Assembly: GCA_043826455.1 (NCBI GenBank) | Contig: JBDRQD010000028.1 | Span: 1 to 50,242, forward strand | Reading direction: 5' to 3' | Length of the DNA stretch: 50,242 nt | Source of the DNA: Candidatus Bathyarchaeota archaeon | GTDB lineage: Archaea > Thermoproteota > Bathyarchaeia > TCS64 | In this document: one piece after another, positions 17,475-25,498 of the stretch | How positions within the stretch are numbered: the first letter of the stretch is position 1 | Layout of the letters: the number at the start of each line of letters is the position of its first letter | Position numbers and translations under genes: made by a program | Notes under the pieces: generated by a model | The model's input: the letters and a program-made list of their open reading frames with translations, nothing else | What the model was told of the DNA's origin: nothing | Database searches by the model: none

Positions 17475-18656
17475 TTGAAGGAGAACATCAAAGAGTACTA
17501 CCTCATGATCTTCAGCGGCACCCTCACCATGCTGGCCGGTGGCTTCGTCTGGCCCATATTCGCCCCCTACGTGAGGGCCGAGTTCACCGCCCCCATCCAG
17601 CTCGTTGGCCTGGCCGTCTCAGGGTACTTCCTCCTCAGGATGTTCAGCGAGTTCCCCATCGGCGTCCTAAGCGACAGGGTGGGCCCCAAGGTCCCCCTGG
17701 TGGCTGGCCGCCTCTTCGCCCTGGTGGGCTCCTTCATATGCTACCAGACGGGCAACATATGGGCCCTCATCTTCGCCAGGGTCCTATGGGGTGTGGGGGA
17801 CGCCAGCTTCTTCTGCATAGGGATGAGCTACGTGAGCCGCCTCTTCACCAGCGAGAGGAGGGGCAGGGCCCTCGGCTTTTTCCAAGCAGTGGAGCTGCTG
17901 GGCAGCCTCCTGGGCCAGACCACGGGGGGCTTCGTGGCGGCCAACTACGGGCCCCGGATGAACTTCCTGGTGTGCACCGGGCTCAGCCTCGTCACGCTGG
18001 CGGCGGTGATGGTCATCAGGGGGTCTCAGGCCGCAGCCGCGTCTGGCCCCAAGCCGGGGCTAGTGCCCACCAGGGCTGTGCTCATCCAGGTCCTCAACAA
18101 GACGGTGGTGGTGGCCTGCTTCATCAACCTGGGCTGCATGATCATCAACAACGGGCTCCTGGGGACGGTGCTACCCCTATACGCCACGGAGGAGCTCATG
18201 ATCCCCATTGCCAGCTACGCCCTCCTGGTCTCCTCCAGCACCGTGGGCAGCGTGGCGGGCAACCTCATGGGCGGCTTCCTGTCCGACAAGGTGGGGCGGC
18301 GGAGGATGCTGGCCGTGGGCCTGATAATAGGGGCCTTCGCCGTGTTCGGGCTGAGCCTGTTCACCTCTTTCATCCCGCTGATGGCTGTTATGTTTCTCAA
18401 AGGCATCTTCTGGGGCATAGTGTACAGCGTCATACCTGCCTTCATCGCCGACGCGGTACCCGACCAGCTGCGGGGCACAGGCATAGGCACCTACCGCACC
18501 TTCATGGACATGGGGGGTCTAGTGGGGCCCATAATCATGAGCAACCTGGTGGACACCCTGGGCTACCCCCAGGGATACATGTACAGCTTCTACTTCAGCA
18601 CAGCCATATGCCTTGGCTGCCTCGCCCTCTTAGCGGCACTTAGGGACCGCAGGTAG
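17475..18656 (+). CDS. MFS transporter
   Basis: About 12 TM helices; GVLSDRVG and GFLSDKVGRR motif A; TTG 17475 inferred. Confidence 0.9.
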   Translation: MKENIKEYYLMIFSGTLTMLAGGFVWPIFAPYVRAEFTAPIQLVGLAVSGYFLLRMFSEFPIGVLSDRVGPKVPLVAGRLFALVGSFICYQTGNIWALIFARVLWGVGDASFFCIGMSYVSRLFTSERRGRALGFFQAVELLGSLLGQTTGGFVAANYGPRMNFLVCTGLSLVTLAAVMVIRGSQAAAASGPKPGLVPTRAVLIQVLNKTVVVACFINLGCMIINNGLLGTVLPLYATEELMIPIASYALLVSSSTVGSVAGNLMGGFLSDKVGRRRMLAVGLIIGAFAVFGLSLFTSFIPLMAVMFLKGIFWGIVYSVIPAFIADAVPDQLRGTGIGTYRTFMDMGGLVGPIIMSNLVDTLGYPQGYMYSFYFSTAICLGCLALLAALRDRR

Positions 18657-18668
18657 CCCCTTCATACC

Positions 18669-18675
18669 TTTATAT
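18669..18675 (+). promoter_or_regulatory. TATA box of sor (near-leaderless spacing)
   Basis: TTTATAT ending 24 bp upstream of ATG 18699. Confidence 0.55.
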
Positions 18676-18698
18676 GACCCGGTTCCCTAGCAAAATAC

Positions 18699-19097
18699 AT
18701 GTCTGAAAGTATCGGCAAGAAGCTCCAGACAGCCGACTGGAAGAGCGAGAAGCATGTACCAGTTATCGAGTGCCCAGACAGGGTGAAGGCCGGTGAGTGG
18801 GCGAAGGTCACGGTCACCGTGGGCAAGGACATCCCCCACCCCAACACCACGGAGCACCACATCCGGTGGATAAGGGTCTACTATGTGCCCGACGGGGAAA
18901 AGTTCGCAGTCGACCTGGGCAACTTCGAGTTCGACGCCCACGGGGAGAGCGTCAAGGGGGCCAACCAGGGCCCGGCCTACACTCACAGCGCGGCCACCTT
19001 CTACTTCAAGACGGCCGCCAAGGGCACCCTGCACGCAGTCAGCTACTGTAACATCCACGGCCTCTGGGAGTCCACAAAGAAGATCGAGCTCGTCTAA
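18699..19097 (+). CDS. sor: Superoxide reductase (neelaredoxin / class II SOR)
   Basis: EKHVP, HPNTTEHHIRWI, YCNIHGLW iron ligands. Confidence 0.95.
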   Translation: MSESIGKKLQTADWKSEKHVPVIECPDRVKAGEWAKVTVTVGKDIPHPNTTEHHIRWIRVYYVPDGEKFAVDLGNFEFDAHGESVKGANQGPAYTHSAATFYFKTAAKGTLHAVSYCNIHGLWESTKKIELV

Positions 19098-19295
19098 ACC
19101 CAACAATTTTTTTACTGGAAAAATTAGGGCCTGCGCCGTAGCATAACTGCAAAGGTTGCTTACGAAAAGAGAAGCACGAGTCCACTAACAGATGAAAGCA
19201 GCAATAATTTTTCCGTTTTTCATGATTATGTGAGCAAGTGACTGCCTCAGCCGGTAACAGTCGGATATTATCCGCTTCCCGGCTTGTAGGCTGCG

Positions 19296-20015
19296 TTAGG
19301 TATCGGTTTCTCGAGGGAGTATCCTGTTCAGGAAACCGCCCCTCTTTTGCTGCTGCCTCTGATGGGCTGTTGTTGCCTTGGTAATGGCCTCTGACATTCT
19401 TCTGAGCTCCTCGGTGTCCACGTCCAGTTTGAGCAACTTGTTGAGTGCCTGGATGGCGTTCACTGCCCCCTGGTAGTCGATGTTACTGATTATGCGGGTG
19501 GGTATGAAGATGGTCGTCCACTCGACGCCCTCTTTCATGGCCTCATCCAGTAAGGAGGCGTTGACCCCTGATATGGCTCCATCAGCAATAGGCTGGATAC
19601 CGTAGCCTTGAAGATTCTTATCCCCTGTGGTGAAACCGAAGACTCCTTGCTGCGCGAAGGGAAAGCTCTCGAATGCTACTATCTCCTTCAAGCCCTTTTT
19701 CTTGAGCCAAATCATGAGCTCCTGGCCTATAGTCCAGGCGGGCTCGGCTGAGAACATGGAGTCGGTTACCAGGAACATGTAATCATCTGAGGAATCGGTA
19801 TAGATGCGGAAGCTGTGACAGGGCTTCCCCTCCACGAGGAGCATCAGAGCAGGCATCATGTTACCGTGGATGTGCCCCACCTGTTTGAAGCCCTTAACTC
19901 TTGCTGCGTGCATCAGAGCAGTGTTACCGATGAAGCCGGGTCCTGCGAAGCCTGTTATGACTGTACGCTTCTTTACAGGTACATCTTCGAGTTCAACTAT
20001 TTCTATGCTTGACAT
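19296..20015 (-). CDS. PAC2-family proteasome assembly chaperone-like protein
   Basis: VITGFAGPGFIG, GAISGVNASLL, LKLDVDTEEL. Confidence 0.8.
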   Translation of the reverse strand: MSSIEIVELEDVPVKKRTVITGFAGPGFIGNTALMHAARVKGFKQVGHIHGNMMPALMLLVEGKPCHSFRIYTDSSDDYMFLVTDSMFSAEPAWTIGQELMIWLKKKGLKEIVAFESFPFAQQGVFGFTTGDKNLQGYGIQPIADGAISGVNASLLDEAMKEGVEWTTIFIPTRIISNIDYQGAVNAIQALNKLLKLDVDTEELRRMSEAITKATTAHQRQQQKRGGFLNRILPRETDT

Positions 20016-20208
20016 CGTGTCTGCCTACTATAGAATTAGGTGATGATAATTATAACACGTGTGGACCCACATGCGCGCTCAGAGTAGCGAGAAAAGGGTA
20101 GAGACCCCATGAAATCATTGTATAGTAAAGGGTGCACGCTTGTTCCAGATCGTTTCTGATCTACCCTAATATGTCGCCGATACATGGGTAGAGAAAAGAG
20201 GAATAAAA

Positions 20209-20499
20209 ATGAGCAAGAATATAATCCAACGTGTGGGCGTCGACGCAGCCATGTTCATCACCATGCTCGTCTCACTAGTGAGCGGCGTCTTACTCTGGCT
20301 GTTCATACCTAGTGGAAGGTGGAGCGGGAACACGGTATTCCTTGGCATAGAGAAGCATCTGTGGACCGACATCCACATCTACCTTAGCCTCATATTCTGC
20401 GGCGTCCTCCTGCTGCACCTGGCCCTGAACCTGAAGCTCTTCAGCAGCATGGTCAGATGCATAGTCAACAGGAGCCAGAAGGCACCAGAACCGTCTTAA
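20209..20499 (+). CDS. DUF4405-like small membrane protein
   Basis: SGVLLW...WTDIH...LLHLALN two-helix His pattern. Confidence 0.75.
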   Translation: MSKNIIQRVGVDAAMFITMLVSLVSGVLLWLFIPSGRWSGNTVFLGIEKHLWTDIHIYLSLIFCGVLLLHLALNLKLFSSMVRCIVNRSQKAPEPS

Positions 20500-20549
20500 A
20501 CCATCAGCCAACCTATTCCAGCATGTTCAGTAAACCCACTAGAGAGCCT

Positions 20550-21323
20550 ATGAAGAGCCTCACCCGCCTTGATGGAAAGACGGCGGTCATCACAGGTTCA
20601 GCCAGTGGCATCGGGGCAGCCATGGCGTACCGTTTCGCTGAGGCCGGCGCGGACCTGGTTCTCGTAGACCTGAACCTGGCGGGCCTCGAGGCTGTCAAAT
20701 CCGAGGTGGGCGGTTTCGGCGTAGATATCAGCCTCTACCAGGTAGACCTGGCAGACAAGGCCCAGATCGATGGGCTCTGGGCTGAGCTTGGCGACACAGG
20801 CGTGTTAGTGAACAACGCGGGGATATACCCCATGAGGGACTTCTTGGAGCTAGACCCAAGCCTCCTGAGCAAGGTCATGGACGTGAACCTCAACCAGGCC
20901 CTGTGGATGAGCCAGCACTTCATACGCCGCAACATGGGCCGCGGCGGCGTCATAGTCAACGTGTCCTCCATCGAAGCTATCATGCCCTTCAAGGATGGCA
21001 TGACCCACTACGCGGTCTCCAAGTCCGGTGTCATCGCCCTCACCAGGGGCCTGGCCAGGGACTACGGCAAGCACGGGTTCAGGGTCAACGCCATCATACC
21101 CGGAGGAATAGTGACCCCTGGCACCATCAGCGTGGCCAAGGAGCTGACCAAGCTGAAGCTGGGCCTCATCAAGGACGGCTTGGACTTCAAGGCCAGGCTG
21201 CCCATGGGCCGGGCCGGCGCCCCGGATGAGGTGGCCAGGGTGGCCCTGGTGCTGGCCTCAGAGGCGTCCAGCTACGTCACCGGGGCCCTCATCCCCGTGG
21301 ACGGGGGCTTTCTATCAAGCTAG
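20550..21323 (+). CDS. Short-chain dehydrogenase/reductase
   Basis: TGSASGIG, NNAG, YAVSK, VDGG; ATG 20550. Confidence 0.93.
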   Translation: MKSLTRLDGKTAVITGSASGIGAAMAYRFAEAGADLVLVDLNLAGLEAVKSEVGGFGVDISLYQVDLADKAQIDGLWAELGDTGVLVNNAGIYPMRDFLELDPSLLSKVMDVNLNQALWMSQHFIRRNMGRGGVIVNVSSIEAIMPFKDGMTHYAVSKSGVIALTRGLARDYGKHGFRVNAIIPGGIVTPGTISVAKELTKLKLGLIKDGLDFKARLPMGRAGAPDEVARVALVLASEASSYVTGALIPVDGGFLSS

Positions 21324-22192
21324 AATAGACGGATAAAGCCGGTGTCACCCGGAGACGGTTCCCCGTCCAGAGGCATCCTGAGGTACGCTGCCCTCCTGTT
21401 TCCGTAGTTGGGCAGCTTGCACGAGAAAATGGTCAGCGTCCTGCCGACCCACGAAAAGCCTTCGCAGCTCTGATGGGACCTCACCAAGGTGGAGACCTCC
21501 AGGGCGCCAAGCGCCCTTTCCGCCAAGTCTGGGCCAAAGAGACGGCCAACGCCCCTCGGACTCGGATAAACACCGTCCTCCTCAACGGGGTCGTTCCACA
21601 GTATCTGAACTAGAATATCCTTGGCCGGGTGCTCCATGTGGGCGTAGGCTAGGTCACTCAGCTCGGGCTCCTCCGTGGGGACCCCTCCGTGGAGGAACAG
21701 CGTCTTTCCCGGGACGACTGCAGCGGTGTAGAGCTCGTCGCACAGAGCCCTGAAGTCCCAATAGATGTCCCTGCCTTCAGAGCCGTACGCCGCCAACAGC
21801 ACCATGGGGAAGTCGTGGGGGTGGAAAGGCACGTTCTTAGGCCCCTCATGGTTGCCTCTGAGGAGGATGACACGTCCCGGGTAGCTCCCCAGAAGCCTGA
21901 GGAGCCTGTGGAGAACCTGCGTCTGCTTGGGCCCCCTGTCAATATAGTCGCCCAGGCATAGGAGGTATAGGTCCTCTCCCTCCATGAGCCTATCCTCGAA
22001 TCTCGTCTCCCCCAGGATGTGCTCCAGCGACTCCAGGTCCCCGTGGATGTCACCCACCACGATGACCTCACCGCTCGTAGGCAGGGTCACCAGCTTACCC
22101 CTAATGTTGAGCCTGGGCGGCTGCTGGTATCTGATGGCTTTAATGGCTGAGGCCATGGCGTCACGGAGCTCGTATGCGTCTGGGGCTGACAT
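21320..22192 (-). CDS. PPP-family Ser/Thr protein phosphatase
   Basis: GDIHG, GDYIDRG, LRGNHE, HGG, LWNDP, RSHQ, TIFS. Confidence 0.9.
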   Translation of the reverse strand: MSAPDAYELRDAMASAIKAIRYQQPPRLNIRGKLVTLPTSGEVIVVGDIHGDLESLEHILGETRFEDRLMEGEDLYLLCLGDYIDRGPKQTQVLHRLLRLLGSYPGRVILLRGNHEGPKNVPFHPHDFPMVLLAAYGSEGRDIYWDFRALCDELYTAAVVPGKTLFLHGGVPTEEPELSDLAYAHMEHPAKDILVQILWNDPVEEDGVYPSPRGVGRLFGPDLAERALGALEVSTLVRSHQSCEGFSWVGRTLTIFSCKLPNYGNRRAAYLRMPLDGEPSPGDTGFIRLF

Positions 22193-22231
22193 GAATAGAA
22201 TATGGGTTATGTTCAAGAAAGGGTTAACGGG

Positions 22232-23695
22232 TTAAGCCCGGTGCTTATCCACGTACTCCTCCACGTCCCGCAGCAGCTCACCGCAGTCGAAGAGAGCCCC
22301 ACCCTTGACAGTCCACTTGACGCCGCCGCCGTGGCTCATGGTGACGCCGTCCTCGGCGTACCTGTCCACACCGGTCCCGTACATCACCTTAAAGTTGTCC
22401 AACGGGTTACCGTCAACTATGCACAGGTCCGCGGGGGCGCCCCTCCGTACGCCCAGGGCCCGCTCCTCGTCCCCGAGGGCCGCGTGGGCGTTTGTGGTGG
22501 CTATCTTGACCACATCTATCGGGTGGATGCCCGCCTCCTGGAGCAGCTCCAGCTCCCGGATGAGGGCGAACCCATATATCTGGTAGATGAAGGCCGTGTC
22601 GCTGCCCGCCGTCAAGGTGCCGCCGTTCTCGAAGAAGTAGCGGACGTACTTCATCCATATCTGGTACTTCTCCTTCCACGCGATCTCGTCGCTGGTCTTC
22701 CAGTCGAAGAAGTGGGTGGCGTGGCTGCCCGGGCTGGGGCTGAACGCCTTCCATAGGTGGCTGACCGTGTACCTGCTGTGCCATGGCATGTTCTTAGCCC
22801 TCTCATAGTCTCTGTGGGCCTCGTAGACCACCATGGTGGGGTCCCAGACTGTGCCGTTCATTATCAAGGTGTCCAGGACCTGGGTCACCTCCTCCTCGTA
22901 CATGTCGGCCTCGTGCCAGATGAGCCCGTCGTACCTGAACCTGTCCACCTCGTCACTGTAGTTGTAGTCGGGGGGGAAGTCCTGGGTGCCCGGCAGGGCG
23001 GCCTGGGGTATCCCGTAGGTGTGCTCGATGGTCACCATGTCGTCCCCCGCCATGGACACGTCCAAGGCGTTGAGCTCACTGTTCTGAGCAATGTGGATGG
23101 CTATCCCCGCGGGGAGACCAGCCTCGCGGACCTCCTCCGCCATGGCCTCAACAATCTCGGCCGTCACATGAGGCCTGGGAATGATCTTCACGCCGTCCAC
23201 TCCCATGTTCTTCAATCTGTGAACAGCCTCCCGGGCCTCCTCAGGCGAGTGGACCTCAGCAGGCCAGCTCCCCAGAACCTTCAGATGGGGGGCCGTGATC
23301 CTGTTCTCCTCGCTAAGCCTCCGGTGCTCCAGAAGTTTCTCATCGGTGCCGAACCCGCAGGTGCGCACAGTGGTGACCCCGTGGGCCAGGCACAGGTTGT
23401 AGGCGTACCATGCCCCCTCGGGGCCGCACTTCTCGTCGTCGATGTTGATGTGCACGTGCATGTCCACTAGGCCGGGCAGCACGTACATGCCTCCGGCGTC
23501 TATGACGTGGTCACCCTCAGGCCGCTTGGGCTTGTACCTATTGAGGCTTATAGCGTCCACGTTGACGATCTCAGCGATCCGCCCGCCCTCCACCAGGATG
23601 TCCACGGGGCCGAAGGGCGACGTCCCCCTGCCGTTCACCAGCATGGCGTCCCTGATGACGAGGCGCCCATACACCTTACCTCCTGAACCAGACAT
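22232..23695 (-). CDS. Amidohydrolase family protein
   Basis: LPGLVDMHVH, GVTTVR, AGSD, ADLCIVDGNP. Confidence 0.9.
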   Translation of the reverse strand: MSGSGGKVYGRLVIRDAMLVNGRGTSPFGPVDILVEGGRIAEIVNVDAISLNRYKPKRPEGDHVIDAGGMYVLPGLVDMHVHINIDDEKCGPEGAWYAYNLCLAHGVTTVRTCGFGTDEKLLEHRRLSEENRITAPHLKVLGSWPAEVHSPEEAREAVHRLKNMGVDGVKIIPRPHVTAEIVEAMAEEVREAGLPAGIAIHIAQNSELNALDVSMAGDDMVTIEHTYGIPQAALPGTQDFPPDYNYSDEVDRFRYDGLIWHEADMYEEEVTQVLDTLIMNGTVWDPTMVVYEAHRDYERAKNMPWHSRYTVSHLWKAFSPSPGSHATHFFDWKTSDEIAWKEKYQIWMKYVRYFFENGGTLTAGSDTAFIYQIYGFALIRELELLQEAGIHPIDVVKIATTNAHAALGDEERALGVRRGAPADLCIVDGNPLDNFKVMYGTGVDRYAEDGVTMSHGGGVKWTVKGGALFDCGELLRDVEEYVDKHRA

Positions 23696-23791
23696 GAGTC
23701 ATGGTTGGCTCAAGAAGCTAAAACGTTTCCCACACCATAATAATAGATACTGTTATCTAACACTTTCATTTATTCGTGATTGGGGGTTCAC

Positions 23792-24934
23792 ATGCAGCTG
23801 GAGGCATTCAAGGTGTCCCAGAGAGGGGGCCTTGAGGGCGTGGAGATATATGTGGCTGTCTTTAGGGCCATCGACCTCATTGAGAGGTCCGCCATCGACA
23901 GGTGGACCGTGAAGAACCCGGGGGGCTACCAGAGGGCCCCCTCGGAGCGCCGCCTGTCCTTCACCCGGGGCTCACTTGTCCGGTACCTGGTCAAGGAGCT
24001 GGGCTGCTTTCCCACGTCGGTGCTGGTGAACATAAGGGGCGACGTAGAGTTCCAGATGGTCTCCGACTCGGGGTGGCTCAGCTACGGGACATTGGACACA
24101 GGGGACAACAGGCTCTGGGTCATAGACGGCCAGCACCGGTTGGAGGCCCTGAAGAGGGCCATCGAGCGCAACCGGGACTTCGAGGACTACCCCGTCATAG
24201 CCAGCGTCCTCAGGTTACCGGACAGGTTCGACGAGATGATGCTCTTCTACATAGTGAACAGGCGGCAGAGGAACGTACCCACAGACCTGGTGTACAGGCA
24301 TCTGCAGCGGATGCTTTGGCAGAGGGGCGCTCAGTGGCTGGAGGAGCTGGAGGGGGCTCGGGGCGTCAGGATAGGTTTCGCCACAGAGGTGGTGGACATC
24401 CTCCAGGCAGAGCCCTCCAGCCCCTGGCATGGCAGAATCCAGATAGTGGGGGAGCCCAGCCGTGAAGAGTACATCATCGGCGACAGCCTCCTCATAAAGA
24501 CCATAGCCGACGTCCTCAGGGAGAAGGTGTTCGACGGCGTCAGCGCCCGAGATTTCTCGGAGATCATCATCAACTACTGGAACGCCGTCTACCAGCTGTA
24601 CCCGGAGTGCTTCACTGTCCCCGGAGACTATACACTTCTTGGCACTCCGGGTGTCCCCGTGATGCACATGCTATTCACCGTGGTCCACTCCAGGTGCCTC
24701 ATGAGGAAGGACGTCTCAGAGGATGCCATGGAGAGGGAGCTGGAGAAGCTGATGGCGGAGACCCCGGGCCACAGCAACCCCGACTTCAGGAAGCCTATGG
24801 ATGCAGAGTTCTGGTCAAAGATGCACGGGCCCCTCATAGCCATGTCCAGGAGCGGCGAGAACGTGAAGCGCCTCTACTTTGACCTTCTGGAGAAGATGCG
24901 GCTAGCCGAGGAGGCTACGCAGCCTCGATCCTGA
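23792..24934 (+). CDS. DGQHR-domain (DndB/ParB-like fold) protein
   Basis: GYQR, FPTSVLVN, VIDGQHR, FYIVN motifs. Confidence 0.88.
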   Translation: MQLEAFKVSQRGGLEGVEIYVAVFRAIDLIERSAIDRWTVKNPGGYQRAPSERRLSFTRGSLVRYLVKELGCFPTSVLVNIRGDVEFQMVSDSGWLSYGTLDTGDNRLWVIDGQHRLEALKRAIERNRDFEDYPVIASVLRLPDRFDEMMLFYIVNRRQRNVPTDLVYRHLQRMLWQRGAQWLEELEGARGVRIGFATEVVDILQAEPSSPWHGRIQIVGEPSREEYIIGDSLLIKTIADVLREKVFDGVSARDFSEIIINYWNAVYQLYPECFTVPGDYTLLGTPGVPVMHMLFTVVHSRCLMRKDVSEDAMERELEKLMAETPGHSNPDFRKPMDAEFWSKMHGPLIAMSRSGENVKRLYFDLLEKMRLAEEATQPRS

Positions 24935-25289
24935 TCCTGTCGCCGCCCCTGACCTTCTTGAACACCCTGGGGTCGGAGTCCACTCTCCCGAAGACGTTCA
25001 CAGGGCTAGCGGGCCTTATCTCGTCTCCTCTGCTGGCCGGTGTCCTGCCGAAGAATATGCAGAAGGCGCCTCCGGGGGGCCAGTAGCCCAGGTCCCCCAT
25101 CTCCACAACCTCCTTGGGGTTCTCGGGGTCGGCGTCCACGGGTATCGTGAAGTATATCTCGTCGCCCCACGTGTTGGCCCGGGCCTCCAAGGGTAGGGCT
25201 TCCATGATGGACTTCGCGGTGGCCGGGCTACCACCTGTGATGACCGCCTCCACGGGGCCGGTGGCATCTGTGACTATCCTGATCCTCAT
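24915..25289 (-). CDS. Cyclophilin-like fold protein (DUF369/TM1367-like)
   Basis: NTWGDEIYF, GDLGYWPPGGAFCIFFGRTP, PASPVNVFG. Confidence 0.88.
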   Translation of the reverse strand: MRIRIVTDATGPVEAVITGGSPATAKSIMEALPLEARANTWGDEIYFTIPVDADPENPKEVVEMGDLGYWPPGGAFCIFFGRTPASRGDEIRPASPVNVFGRVDSDPRVFKKVRGGDRIRIEAA

Positions 25290-25498
25290 AGTACTCGCAT
25301 CTTTTTTGGACGCGACACTTAAGGAATTTACGTCTCCTATCTGGATGCGAAGACCTTTCGCGTCTTGGGTTTTATGATCAGGCGACCGAGTTCCGTGTTA
25401 TGCTATCTCCAACTAGTCCCTCAACTCTTACTCAACAGAAGCTTCTTCATATGCACAAGTTTTTACCATAGATTGTGTTAATGACGTAGATCAACATC

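Noticed and set aside
19107..19126. TTTTTTACTGGAAAAATT resembling the att core TTTTTTACTAGTAAAT
   Set aside because: No palindrome or tRNA fragment; more simply the oligo-T terminator of sor
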